Assembly (NCBI GenBank): GCA_964016885.1
Contig: OZ024744.1
Coordinates: forward strand, 62,372,001 to 62,436,000
Length of the DNA: 64,000 nucleotides
Origin: Eledone cirrhosa
Taxonomy: Eukaryota
Direction of reading: 5' to 3'
Shown piece after piece: positions 37,766 through 51,716 of the stretch. The notes beneath the pieces were generated by a model. The model had not been told where the DNA came from, did no database searches, and saw nothing but the letters and a program-made list of their open reading frames with translations. Each line of letters starts with the position of its first letter. Position 1 is the first letter of the stretch. The position numbers and the translations under genes were made by a program.

Positions 37766-38296
37766 CTGAAATATAGAATTTATTGACATCCAGTAATGAG
37801 TTAACAGAAAATATCTAAAAACAAGTTTGTTATTTCAAAAGTTCATTGTAAAAACTTACAGTATTAGAGTAAAGACTCATTTTTAATGTGATAGATAGTC
37901 TTATTTTGTTTTATGTGGTTTATTAATTCAAATGTGTATAGTGAACAGATTGTCGTGAAACTTTGCAATAAACTGAATAAAGTAAAGACTTCATGTGTTG
38001 TAATCATTATCTGTTTTGTACTTTTGAAGACTGTCTTGTTAGTGTGGTTTCATGGGGGACAGGACGTTTAGAATTAAAGCGTGTTCAGTAACTCCTAATC
38101 AGTCCTGAAATCCTTATTTACCATTACTGTTAGTAATGAAACGTACTTGTACAGATAAATAGTGTGCTAAACATCCTTTAACTATTTTCTAATTAAAAAA
38201 ACAACTATTTTAAAGTGTTAATTTATATTCAATTAAAAATCTTCCATTATTATTTTATGTAAAATCATTTTTTATGTTCCAAACACTAACTTAATA

Positions 38297-38785
38297 ATTG
38301 TTTCTACTCTTGGTACAAGGCCTGCAATTATCCCAGTGCATTACTGGTACCTTATTTTATTGACCCTGTAAGGAAGAAAGGCAAAGTTAACCTCGGCGGG
38401 ATTTGAACTCAAACCATATAAGGCCAATACTCTACGCTGCAAAGCACAGTGTCCAACACTATCGATACTGCCAATCCAATAATTGTTTCTACTTTTGGCA
38501 CAATGCCAGCAATTAAATCAGTGTATTACTGGTACTTTATTTTATCGACCCCGTAAGTATGAAAGGCAAAGTTAACCTCGACGGAATTTGAACTCAGATC
38601 ATAAAGATGTTCAAATAACTACTTATGGCACAAGGCCAGCAATAACCCAGTGCATTACTGGTATTTCATTTTATCGACCCCGTAAGGATGAAAGGCAAAG
38701 TTAACCTCGGCGGGATTTGAACTCAGACTGTAAAGGGACGTAACTATGCTAGAAAGCATGGCGCCTGACTCTCTACTCAATCCAA
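38297..38785 (-). mobile_element. Three tandem tRNA-derived SINE copies in the last MDH1 intron
   Basis: Three successive ...ggtac(t)ttattttat(c)gaccc...gttaacctcg..ggatttgaactca units. Confidence 0.85.
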
Positions 38786-39968
38786 TAATGACAGTTACAC
38801 TACTAAATCCGTCCAAATTTGTGATTATTTTCAAAATTATTGGAAAATCATAGGCAGTGTCTTTCATTAGAAATATGGTAATGAGAGGGTTAAGCAGGAT
38901 TTTTTTGTGAAACGATTTGGCAAAAGTAATAAGAGCAATATTAATAAATAATTTTAGTAAATCCCTCAAAATTCTTAATTAATGGAAATAGATTGTATTT
39001 CAGAAATACAGCCATGAAAGAGAGATAAGCACTGGCTTGAGACAGACTTTTAGACTTGGCCCTGGGGTACCTTAAGTTGTGTTCAATCTGTTGCAAGCAT
39101 TTGGACCAGGTCTCCAGTTTGAGGATACCTTCCTACCACCTTCCTAACAGTCTTGAAGACCCTGCTACAACCCTTCCCTCACTGACTAAACAAAAAAAAA
39201 ACAGAAATCAATCTCCTGATATATCATTAGGTTTGTTAAATTTTTATCACAATGGAAAACACACACACTAATAATAATCGAATTGGCTTTCTTTGTTTAC
39301 CTGATATTTTTGTTTATGAAATAGTTAACTTAAATTGACTGTGTTAAGTGAAACTATTAAAACAATGCCTAGCAATCTTAATAACTTTGATCTTGTGGTT
39401 TAGCCCAAGGTTAGCTCTGATCAAGCATATTCATTATCAATGGCATTCTTGCCATGACCATCTAATCTATCTTTTTCAAGTGGTATAGTGTACCTCAGAC
39501 TACAATATCAAATTTTTCTTTTTCTTTTCTTTTGTTAAGGACAGTCAGGTGAGGTTTCAGGGCCATTTCAGTGACAATGCAGAGGTTCCCTTATTGACTT
39601 GTATACAGTTAATATGGTGTGGACATGGTGTGTCGTGAAGAGGTGTAGCATGTTGTGACAAGACATGATATTGTGTAATGTGATGTGTGTGGCATGTGTA
39701 AATGCAATATTTATTGTGCTGGACAATTCCACAAATCAACTCAGTCCATCTGACAGGCTTCCTAACAGTTCCTGTCTACCCAATTTCAATCACAAAGGCA
39801 TGGGTTGACCTATGGTAAATGACACTTGCCCAAGATGCCATGCAGTACAATTGAACCCAGCGCCTAAAGATTGCCAAGTGAACTTCTTAACCATTCACAC
39901 ATGCTGCGTCCATATATACAGTATATATACATATTTTAATAGAAATAAATGATCAGAAAGGGTGTTAC

Positions 39969-40082
39969 CTGTGGAACTCCACACCACCAATCATGAACAT
40001 GATCACAAATAGCTTTAGCAGCTGACATGGCACTTGATAATTTTCTGGCTTTAATAACTGCTGCACCACGCTGTTGAACACA
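39969..40082 (-). CDS. MDH1: MDH1 coding exon (114 nt)
   Basis: ttttcag|[38 protein letters not shown]|gtaac. Confidence 0.96.
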
Positions 40083-40766
40083 CTGAAAAATAAAATAAAA
40101 AAGTATTAAATGCTGATAAACAAGGAAGAAAAGGAGTCGATCGTGGGATCAGACCAAGGACAATATTTCCATCAGTGGGTGTGAAGAGGGGAGAGTGGCA
40201 TGCATGGCTGACTACTGGTCTTCCACAGAAAAATCTTGTTCAGGTTTGTGCCTTGGAGAAGTGTTTTCCTGTTGTAAACCCATGTACAATCATGATGATT
40301 GCACAGGGTGGGGTAGAGCTTCTTATGTTATATATATATGTATGTATGTATAGATGCAATGACGTGGTTGTAAGTCTGATTCTTACACCCCTGTCTTTAA
40401 AAACAAAAACAAAAAACCAGGGGAGGGGGGCGGTATTTAATAATTGTTTCTACACTTGATACAAGGCCAGCAATTTGAAGGGGAGGGGAAAGTCGATTAA
40501 ATCAACCCCAGTGTGACTGGTACTTTATTTTATCGACCCCGTAAGGATGAAAGGCAAAGCTAACCTCGGTGGGATTTTAACACAGAATGAAAAGGGTCGT
40601 AATTCTATTCACAAAGGATGGCGTCCAAGCCTCTACCGATATTGCCAATCCACCAATAATATAGTCTAAGATGGCCATAACTGGAACGCCTTTGATCATA
40701 GGTTTGCTGGATGAGTGTTGATCTGGGAAGGGGAAGGGAGGCATAAACAACAACAACCAATAATAC

Positions 40767-40943
40767 CTTTAGGAAATCGTCCTTCAAATATTTATCGTCA
40801 TTAACTGCTTGTTTAACTGTTTTTACCCCAGTTGGTAAAGTTACAGTTGCATAGGAAACATCTGGGTACTGGGTAGAAGAATGGTTTCCCCAGATAACAA
40901 CATTTTTAACATTCTGGGTAGAGACGTTGCACTTAGCAGCAAT
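40767..40943 (-). CDS. MDH1: MDH1 coding exon (177 nt) with the catalytic His
   Basis: ttccag|IAAKCNVSTQNVKNVVIWGNHSSTQYPDV...DDKYLKDDFLK|gtatt. Confidence 0.96.
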
Positions 40944-41130
40944 CTGGAAAAAAAGAAAAAATATATATATATATATGAATGGCAATTAAAATAAAAATAA
41001 AAATAAAAAAGTAGATGCAGAGTGGGGTAGGGGGGGTGCAAATGTTTTAAATCCATTTCATTCATGCCAACAATGTCCTGTGTGTCTGTCTCTCTGTCTT
41101 ATACGATTTCTCACTGCCGATGATTTTTAA

Positions 41131-41337
41131 CCCTTTAGCATTCAAACCGGCTGTATCCAGCCAGAATTCTCTCACCTCTGCTGTTCAAACTGGCCACTCA
41201 TACCAATGTTAAAGTATTGTTCTTAAAATTAATATAAAAATCTCATAAATTTGATATTATGTGAGATAATAATGTAAGATAAAGCCTTTACTGCGAAAAT
41301 ACAATAGTATATAGAGAATAATGCAAATGTTAAAGGG
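41131..41337. mobile_element. piggyBac-type MITE (other copies ~12365-12560, ~55455-55660, 60047-60230, and split ~60484-60561 + ~61532-61660)
   Basis: TTAA-ccctttagcatt ... aatgttaaaggg-TTAA terminal structure. Confidence 0.8.
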
Positions 41338-41649
41338 TTAAATCATTTTGAAAATGATAACAAAATTGAGGGATTTAGTGACATAATTCATTATTAAACT
41401 GGTGTTTAGAACATAACATAACAAAATTATGATGGATGGTTTTAGGTAAATATAAACACTTTAACCTTTTCATGTACATTTGGTTTAGAATAGGTACACC
41501 ATATCTATGCCTGTCATAAGAAGTAACTAAAGGATTGGTTTCATGAAAGGCATCTTGGCTGTAAAACATTGCCTCAAAATTCCCATCCAACCCATGTTAA
41601 AATGGAAAAGTTGATGTAAAAGATGATGATGAGGATGTATAATATATAT

Positions 41650-42790
41650 AATGAAATTATTGTGTACAGCGCTCAGGTGCACTACAACTCATCAAAGGTG
41701 CATGTATAGTACATAGAATAATGTACAAATGTCAGGAAAATGAACAGTGTACGAGTCATGAAATACATGTGTACATGTGAATGGAGGGGGGACGTCAGGT
41801 GTAGTGTTGACGAATTTCAGGAAGCATGGAGGTTTTAAAGGATACAGTGTCTTGACAGCTAACAACTGATGCAGGTAGTTTGTTCCATGCTTCAACAACT
41901 GAGTGTGAAAAAATGTTTCCAAAAGTCATGGGAGTTATGCTATTTTCTGAATTTGTAGGCATGCTGTCGTGTGTTAGACACATGGAAATCAAAAAGGTGC
42001 TCAGGGTTGTTGTTGGCAAGATAGTTAATAACTTTGTGGGTGTTTACCAAGTCAGTTGCCAGATGTCGGAGCTTCAATGTATCCATGCCTAGGGAAGTAA
42101 GGCGTTCAGAGTATGATAGATGCCTGATGGAGGGTATTCGCTTGGTTGCACGTCTCTGAACAGTTTCCAGGCGGTCAATGTTCTGAGCAAGATAGGGGTT
42201 CCAGACTGGTGATGCAAATTATTCTAAGTGTGGTCGCACCATAGCTATATACAGTTTTAAATAGATAGCTGGAGAGCGGCTGACAAAGGTCTTGCTGAGT
42301 GATGCTAAGACACCCTCAGCCTTCTTGACAATTTTAGAGACGTGCTTCGTCTAACGCAAATCGCTGCTGACAGTAATGCCCAGGTCACGTTCAACAAGAA
42401 GACTTCTTGATATTAGTGTTGTGGAGGGAGTATGTGGACGCTGGGGTGTTCCTCCCAAATTACATGGTGATAGACTTGTCGACAGCTAGCTTGAGTTGCC
42501 AGTCTGTGATCCATTGAGTCCAGGTCTGATTGCAGAAAAGATCTATAGCGTTCAGGATCTGTCCTTTTTATCTTAAGGTACAGCTTGGTGTCAACTGCAT
42601 ATTTCAGTACCGTGGCATTCTTTAAGTTGGCATCTATGTCATTAATATATGCCACAAACAAAAGGGGACCAAGAATAGATCCCTGTGGTACACCAGATTA
42701 CATCTCATACGGTGAGGAATGCTGACCTAGAACCGTGTCTACCTCTCTTTGACTGAGAATGAAGGACTTCAACCAGTTAAAAAGATCATG
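41650..42790 (-). mobile_element. 5'-truncated CR1/L2-like LINE
   Basis: SGVPQGSILGPL-FVAYINDI...LKYA(V)DTKLY, RPHLE..SPVWNP, LETVQRRATK, WNKLPASVV; its 3' end also occurs at ~21133-21225. Confidence 0.8.
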
Positions 42791-43924
42791 TATATATATA
42801 TCATTTATGTTGTGTAGTTTACAAATAGGCAGATCCGGTCATTCTGGTTAGCAAACCATGATGAAAGAAAAGAACTATGTTATGCAACTCATCCACCATA
42901 GATGTGGTATCCTGTGGCTGGTACATTGTATCATCATCATCATCATACATTAAAGTCTATCTTCCACGCTAGCATGAGTTAGATGGGTTGTCCCAATTAG
43001 AGGCAAGTTGGGTCATATTGGGGTGTTTCTGGTTGGTTTTCTATGACTGGATGCCCTTCCTAAAGCCAACCACATTGACAGTGTGTGCTGGGTGCTTTTT
43101 GCCGTGTCTTTTACACATCCACTTTACAGTGTGGGCTGGGTGTTATATATATATATATTTGTGTATATACGCACATATCATCATCACCGTTTTACGTCTG
43201 TTCTTCCATGCTAGCATGGGTTAGACAGGTTGTCCTGTTGTGGGCAGTGTCCGTTCGGCTGACCTTGTCTTGTTCATTCATCATTATCATCATCATCATC
43301 GTTTAACGTCCATTTTCCACGCTAGCATGGGTTTGGACGGGAATTGTCCCACTTGAGGCAAGATTGGTTGTCTTGCTCGTATAGGACTATCTGGCGGGTT
43401 TTCTATGGCTGGATGCCCTTCCTAACACCAACCACATTTACAGTGTGGACTGGGAAGTTTTTACCGTGTTACCTACACGGCCACATTACAGCGTGGACTG
43501 TGTGTTTTTTTGTTGTGACACCTACACGACCTCATTTATTTCAGACTGGATGTTGTGGTACCAACATAACTTTACATTGAAAGGGGTGGTGTGGATGGGG
43601 TGGGGGGTAGTGGGACGGGGGTGCATTTTTGTTAGAAGTGCCTACTGACTGTAGGTTTCGCTTTGTACTTAGGCAAGGCGGGTCTTCTGTGTTACTAAAA
43701 CAAATTATTGGAGGTACACACACATAAGCATATAAAGGTGTCTATTAGTTACTATTTTTGCTCAATGAATGAATTAACTAAATAATCAATTAGTTAGAAC
43801 GTTATAAAATCATAAATAGGTAAAGCAATTCAGATAAAAATTATCTCAAAAAAGTAATTGAGTTAATTTTTTTATCTAGTCGCTTTACTTATTTTATATA
43901 TATGAGTTTAGCGTAAAAGTTGAC

Positions 43925-45371
43925 GTCCATCAGGGCTCTGTTCTCAGCCCCCTACTATTTATTATTGCCCTTCAAGCTATAACAGAGGAGTTCAAGACCG
44001 GCTGCCCATGGGAACTCCTATACGCAGACGACCTGACACTCATAGCGGAATCAATGGCCGAGCTAGAGAAGAAATTCCAAACATGGAAGCATGGCCTAGA
44101 ATCAAAAGGCCTTAAAATTAACCTGGCTAAGACTAAAGTTCTAGTTTGTAGGAAAGAAAATAAGGCGGCGGTCCCTTCTGGGAAATGGTCGTGCTCGGTG
44201 TGTAGGAAAGGCGTAGGTAGAAACTCCATTTTATGTCCTAAATGCAAAGTATGGGTGCATAAATGATGTAGTGGGATCACAGGTAAGCTAACTAAGAACA
44301 TAGATTTTACATGTGGCCGGTGCTCTGGTGCAATAAGTAGCAGCAAGTGCCCACAAAATACTAGCTCTTTCAATTGCGCAGAGGGTTCTATAGAAATAGT
44401 GGACAGTTTCCGTTACCTGGGCGATAAAATCAGCAGTGGGGGAGGGTGCTCTGAAAGTACAGTAGCTAGAGTCAGAACTGGTTGGAAAAAGTTCAGAGAG
44501 CTTATACCACTATTAGCTGCTAAAGGGTTCTCCCTAAAAATGAAAGGCAGGTTGTACGATGCCTGCATACGAACAGCAATGTTGCATGGCAGTGAGACCT
44601 GGGCATTGTGTGCAGAGGATATACGCAGACTAGAGAGGAACGGAGCTTGCATGCTCCGCTGGATGTGTAACAGTAATATACATGAACGGCAAAGCATAAA
44701 CGAACTAAGGAAAAAATTAGAAATAAGAGGGATCAGATGTTGTTTACTCGAGAGAAGGCTACGTTGGTATGGACACGTGATGCGCATGAAAGTCGATAGC
44801 TGTATAACAAAGTGCAGGGCAATAAAGATAGACGGTAGCCACGGAATAGGCAGACCTAGAAAAACCTGGGACGAGCTGATAAACTCCGACCTCACACACT
44901 TACACCTCTCCAAGACAATGTCACTGGACCGAGACCTTTGGCGGTACTCAGTAACAGAGAAGACCCGCCTTACCTAAATACATAGTAAAACCTACTACAG
45001 CCAGTAGGCATCTTTAACAAAATACCCCCCCTCCCCGTCCCACCACCCCCACCTATCCACGCCACCCCGTTCTATGTAAAGTTGTGTTGGTGCCACACCA
45101 TCCAGGCCGAAACAAATGAGATCGTGTAAGTGTCACGACAAAAAAACACACAGTCCACGCTGTAATGTGGCCGTGTAGGCAACACAGTAAAAACCTCCCA
45201 GACCCACACTGTAAATGTGGTTGGTGTTAGGAAAGGCATCCAACTGTAGAAAACCTGCCAGACAGTCCTATGCGAGCAAGACAATCACTCTTGCCTCAAG
45301 TGGGACTACCCCCGTCCAAACCCATGCAAGCGTGGAACACGGACGTTAAACGTTGATGATGATGATGATGA
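43925..45371 (+). mobile_element. RTE LINE 3' half with a long 3'UTR and (GAT)n tail
   Basis: VHQGSVLSPLLF, ELLYADDL, FRYLGD, MLHGSETW, LRWYGHV; 3'UTR ...ggcatcca...aaacccatgc...ggacgttaaacgttgatgat. Confidence 0.9.
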
Positions 45372-45372
45372 T

Positions 45373-46134
45373 AAATTCCATAAAATGTACGCAATGCAGA
45401 TCCTGGGTACACAAGAGATGTAGTGGGATAGCAGACAAACTAACAGGTAGGGAAAACTAAATATGCAGTAGATGTACTGGGAAAGTTGACATTAGTAATT
45501 GCAGTGATAGACACATTTTTCCAATGCAGGTGGGTTTTATAGAAGTGGTTGATAGCTTCCGGTACCTAGGTGTTCAGATTAGTATGGGAGGGGGGTGTTC
45601 CGAGGCCATAGTATCTAGAATAAGGACGGGTTGGAAGAAGTTTAGGGAGCTGCTTCCTCTGCTGACAAAGAAGGGTTTCTCCCTGCGTACGAAAGGATGG
45701 TTATATGATGCCGATGCGCGATGCTGCATGGTAGTGAGACATGGGCAACAACTACAGAGGAATGAAGCAAGTATGCTCCGTTGGATGTGCAGTGTAAATG
45801 TGCTTGAACGACCAAGCATAGATGAGTTGAGAAAGAAACTGGGTATAAGAGGGATAAGTTGTGGTGTGCAGGAGAGAAGACTGAGATGGTATGGACATGT
45901 GATGCGCATGGAGGATGTCCGCTGGGTAAAAAAGTGCCAAGAAATCCCAGAAGGAAGATGCAGTAGAGGTAGACCATGAAAAACATGGGCGGAGGTGGTG
46001 AGAATTGACCCTAGATCGCTGAAGCTCATGGTGGAGATGATGAAGGACCTTGACAAGTGGAGAGATGCTGTGCTGAATAGGACCCATCCAACCCTTGCAA
46101 GCAGGGAAAAGCGGACGTAAAATGATGATGATGA

Positions 46135-46138
<4 letters not shown>
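45373..46138 (+). mobile_element. RTE LINE 3' fragment (family of 22020-22866) joined to the tail of the previous element
   Basis: FRYLG, RLRWYGHV; (GAT)n tail. Confidence 0.85.
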
Positions 46139-46171
<33 letters not shown>

Positions 46172-46564
46172 AGGTTATAGTGAGTATTTGCCATAAACCA
46201 GTTTGCTCACAATTACTCACTCAATGAGATATTTGAAGATGTGTCGAGCAAAGCCTGTCTCAGAAGGCTAACAAAGTGTATCATCATCCTCGTTTAACGT
46301 CCACTTTCCACGCTAGCATGGGTTATATAGAGAAATGCAAGTCTACATGTTAAAACATATCTAGAGTCAGGTTCCATCATTAATAGATTGATCCTCGAGC
46401 TGATCGACAGTGAAACATGTAATTAAATAGGAATATGATGCAACACTGATTCTTTGTTCCTTCTTTCATCCTTACGGGGTCGATAAAATAAAGTACCAGC
46501 AATACACTGGGTTATTGCTGGCCTTGTGCCTAACGTAGAAACAATTATTATAATATATATATAT

Positions 46565-49500
46565 CATCATCGTTGTTTAATGTCCATCTTCCATGCTAAC
46601 ATGGGTTAAATGGCTTTGTTCCATTTGATGCAGGAATGGTAGGGAGACCGTGTTTCGCTTGTACAGAAGTGTCCCTGGCAGGTTTTTACAGCTGGATGCC
46701 CTTCTTAACACCAACCACATTTACAGTGTGGTTTGGGAGCCTTTTTACCGTGTCTCCTACATGGCCACCTTACAATGTGGACTGTTGTGTCATCGACACA
46801 GTGGAGGGAACGGAAAAGAGAGGATGGAATAGGGTGTGTTTGGTGGGGAATACATTGAGTTAAGAGGTGCCTACTGACTGTAGGTTTGTATGCAATGGAA
46901 GGCGGGTCTTCTGTACAACTGCATGGCGCCAAAGACCTCGATCCAGTGACATTGTCTTAGGGAGGTGTAAGTGAGCAAGGTCAGTTTTTATCACCTAGTC
47001 CCAGGTTTTTCTTGGTCTACCCACTCCATAGCTTCCATCAATTTTCATTGCTCTGTACTTTTTTATACAGCTGTGGTCCTTCATACGCATCACATGTCCA
47101 AAGCAACACAATCTCCTCTCCAGAACACAATATTTGATACCTCTTATGCTTAGTCTCTCTCTCAATTCGTTTATGCTTCGCCGTTCGCATACATTACTAT
47201 TACACATCCAAGCTTCATTTCTTTCTAATCTACGCAGGCCTTCAGCACACAATGCTCAAGTCTTACTACCATGTAATATCACTGTTTGTATACATGCATC
47301 ATACAATCTGCCTTTCATTTTTAGAGAAAAACCCTTTGTGGCCAACAGCGGTATTAGCTCTCTAAACTTTTTCTATCCCGTTCTAACTCTGGCTACAACA
47401 CTTTCAGAGCACCCTCCTCCACTGCTGATTTTGTCACCCAGTTAATGGAAGGTATCTACTATTTCTATAGAACCATCTGGGCAGTTGAAGGAGATATCAT
47501 CCAGTGGGTCCTTGCTACTTATTGCACCTGAGCATCAGCCACATATAAAATCTACATTCTTAGATAGCTTACCTGTACCCATAGTTTGCATTTGGGACAT
47601 AGAATGGAATTTCTATCTACTTCTTTCTTACACACTGAGCATGGCCATTTCCCAGAGGGTACCTGTGCCCTATTCTCCTTTCTACATACTAGAACTTTAG
47701 TCATAGACAAGTTGACTTAGACCTTTCGATTCAAGGCCATGCTTCCATGTTTGGAACTTCTCTAGTTCAGCCATAGATTCAGCTACGAGTGTTAGATCAT
47801 CTGCATATAGAAGTTCCCATGGGCAGCCAGTCTTAAACCCTTCTGTTATAGCCTGTAGGGCAATAATAAACAGGAGGTGGCTAAGTACAGAGCCTTGATG
47901 AACCCCTACTATTACGCTAAATTCTTCACTATATTCATTGTTAATTTTAACCTTACTGACTGTTCCTCTATACATGGCTTGTATAGCTCTCACATGCCAT
48001 TCTACGACTCCTAGTTTTCTAAGAGCCCAATAGATTAAGGTGTGTGGGACTCTGTCAAAGGCTTTCTCCAGGTCAACAAAAGCTAAGTAGAGAGGTTTAC
48101 TGTTAGCTAGGTACTTCTGTAGTTACCGTACAAGGAAAAGAGCATCCGTGGTACTTTTACCTGGCACAAACCCAAACTGCACTTCATGTAGATCAATTCG
48201 GTCCCTAATCAGTTGAGTAATAACTCTTTCTGTGACTTTCATAACCTGGTCAACTAATTTAATGCCCCTATAGTTTCCTCTATCTAGGGCGTTCTCCTTT
48301 GCCCTTGTAACAGTTGACGATGCTGCTGCTATACCAGTCATTTTGTATGACCCCATTCTGTATTACTTGGTTTACTATCCGGAAGAGGGATCAGATGATG
48401 TTTACTCGAGAGAAGACTACGTTGGTATGGCCACGTGATGCGCATGAAAGACGACAGCTGTATAAAAAAGTGCAGGGTGATCAAAATTGATGGTAATTAC
48501 GGAGTAGGTAGACCCAGAAAAACCTAAGACGATCTGATAAATTCCGACCTTACACACTTGCACCTCTCTAAGACAATGTCACTGGACCGAGATCTTTGGC
48601 GCTACGCAGTAATACAGAAGACCCGCCTTGCCTATGTACAAAGCGAAACCTACAGTCAGTAGGCACCTCTTTACCAAATATACACCCCAATCCACTACCC
48701 CTACCCTATCCTCCCACTCCCACAACATCCAGTCCAAATAAATGAGATAATGAGATCGAGATCGTGTAGGTGTCACGAGAAAAAAAACACAGTCCACGCT
48801 GTAATGTGGCCGTGTAGGTAACACGGTAAAAAGTTCCCAGTACCACACTGTAAATGTGGTTGGTGTTAGGAAGGGCATCCAGCCGTAGAAAACCTGCCAG
48901 ATAGTCCTATAAGAGCGAGACATGGTCACCCGACCAACCTTGCCTCAAGTGAGACAACTCCCGTCTAACCCATGCTAGCATGGGAAATGGACGTTAAACG
49001 AAGATGATGATGATGATGATGATGATGTGACCATAGTATGTTCCACCATTCCGGCAACTATGCCTCTCTTCATATCTCTGATTGCCTTACTTACTACATT
49101 ACCATTAACTTGCACAGATGGTCCTTCTGTTGGATACATGTGGGGCAGTCTATCTTTATTACATTCATTCTCCTCATTCAGTAGTCTCTCATAGTGAGAC
49201 TTCCAAGCTACCTTATCACCATCAGTGAGGGCAAGTACATCATCGTCGTTATGGACACACGTCTCCCCGACAATATCACAATCCTCCTTGAGACATTGCC
49301 TCACAATCCTGAACACCTCGCATTGTAGAATATGCTTGAAATTACTATTCTCTGCTTCCCTCTTTGCAAAGTTTACTTGTTGTCTAGCTTCCCTCCTAGC
49401 TACCCGATAGAGTTCTCTACTACCCCCATCCTGCCATTCTTTCCATGCCTGCTTTTTGTCCTTGATGGACTCCTCCACCTTACTTTCCACCACCATGACA

Positions 49501-50880
49501 CTCCTCTTGCTAACGGTCTGCTCCAGCCACAGATTTCATCAGTCGCCTTCAACAGGTTAACTTTCATGAATTCCCACTGTTCCTCTATATTGTATGTCTC
49601 TAATTGCTCTTCCTTACTATCAAAAGCAACAAGTAATATGCTTTTAAATTTGTTACTGGCTGTGGGGTTTTTAAACTTCCATAATCTTCTCCTTAAGGTA
49701 TTCTTCTGCTGGCAAGTACGTCTGGCCCTGACTATGAGGTCACTAACTACTAAGTTATGTTGGGAGGCGCATTCATCGCGAGGGAGGGACTTAGTGTTCA
49801 TAACAGACTGTCTCATTTTCTAGTAAGGATAAATCTATCTGGCTGGTGTGCTCCCATGATCTATACGGGATCAAATGACTCACGTTTTTTGAAGTTTGTG
49901 TTACAGACAGTCAGGTCATTTGCATCACAGAATTCCAGGATCCTGAAGCCTTCCTCTTTTCAAGTAACAAACCCATAACCTTCATTGACTCCATCATAGC
50001 CATCACAATGTTGTCCAACATGACCACTAAGGTCGCCAGCAATAATTATAGTCACTGTTGGGTATCTGGGAGGTAGTGAGCATTAGAGACTCATAGAACC
50101 TGTCTTTAGTAACGTCTGGTAATCCTGATTGGGGTGCATAAGCAGATATAATAGATACAGTTGCCCTATTTAGAACTAATCTTTTAATTATCCTGTCATT
50201 CCCTCTATTTATGGCAATTACCTTATCTACACATTTTTCTGCTAACATAATTCCAGCACCACCCAACCTGCTATCACAACCCATCCTGAAAAGCTTATAG
50301 CATCGTTTCTTGCCCATAATGAATCTAGCAGACCCACCCCTCCACCTGGTCTCTTGAACACAACAAACATCAACTTCCTTACGTTCAAGCATTTCTACAA
50401 CCTCGTTTGAGTGACCTTTAAATGTGCATACGTTCATGGTACCAACTCTGAAATTTTGGATTTCGATGGGGAGGAAGTGATGGGAGGGGAGCACAGGGAG
50501 GGGTGTGGGAGATGGAATTATGTTGGTCTTGGGCTCCCGCATCTGATATAAAGAGGAACGTTTGCATACTCGTCCTGAAACAGGTGGTGAATTCATCTTT
50601 GCTGTTATTGTGAGTTTTCATATTCCCCAACTCCATAATCCATTTATCGTAGCAAGCAACACCTAGATCTAAGCTTAAGAAGTATCGGCCTTGCGACAGA
50701 GATTAACATTAGAAACCTTACTATAAAACTGCTGAGTTTTGATTGGCCAAATATCTATGGTAGGGAGGAGGGGGGGTGACTTCCGGAAGACAGACGTGCG
50801 TAGCTAACCTGGGAGATACTGGAAAAACAAAAATAAAAGTGTAGCAAACCTGGGAGATACTGGAAAAACAAATAAAAGTC
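46565..50880 (-). mobile_element. Near-full-length degenerate RTE LINE (APE plus RT), interrupted by an opposite-strand RTE fragment at ~48383-49027
   Basis: FRVGTMNV...VDVCCVQETRWRG...IISAYAPQ (APE), NYRGIKL, GVHQGSVLS, ELLYADDL; ~42-bp tandem duplication at the presumed 5' end (~50806-50880). Confidence 0.85.
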
Positions 50881-51422
50881 AGACATAACTGCTTTTCTAA
50901 TGGGAGTACTTAATTCTAGATGGATTTACAGACAGGAAGAATGTCGAAATTTCTACATTACAAGTTCAGCCAACAGCTAGAATCCATTTCGATTATATGA
51001 CTGAAGTACAGAACAGGGGAGGGGGGAGGAGAATGTCATGGCTATGAACATGACAACGAACTTTAACAGATTTTCTAATGAGAAGTCTTATGGCAAACTT
51101 TAACGGATTTACTGATGATAAAACTTGAATTTACTAACGATTTACTAATGATAAACTTAAATTAAAGGTGACATATATATATGTTTTGATTCTCCATCAT
51201 AATTTTCTGTATATATATATAATGAATGAGTAAGAAAGATTTCTAATGAAAGACACCATATTGGAAATAATCAAAAATTAGGAGTGATTTAATAGTATAA
51301 CTTTTTCATTATTAACTTAGCATTTGAAGCATAAAAGTATGATAGACGGTTTTTAGATAAATATAAACACTTTAAAATAAACAAATTTTAATATAGAATC
51401 ATGACGAATTTCTGGTGATTTA

Positions 51423-51716
<294 letters not shown>

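Noticed and set aside
40605-40985. Stand-alone small MDH-like ORFs (also 37556-37789, 51420-51695, 53067-53423)
   Set aside because: Exons of one spliced MDH1 gene with intronic extensions, not separate genes or pseudogenes.
46395-46425. Hammerhead-like ctgatcga...gaaacatgta
   Set aside because: The core deviates from CUGANGA and there is no convincing stem I or II.
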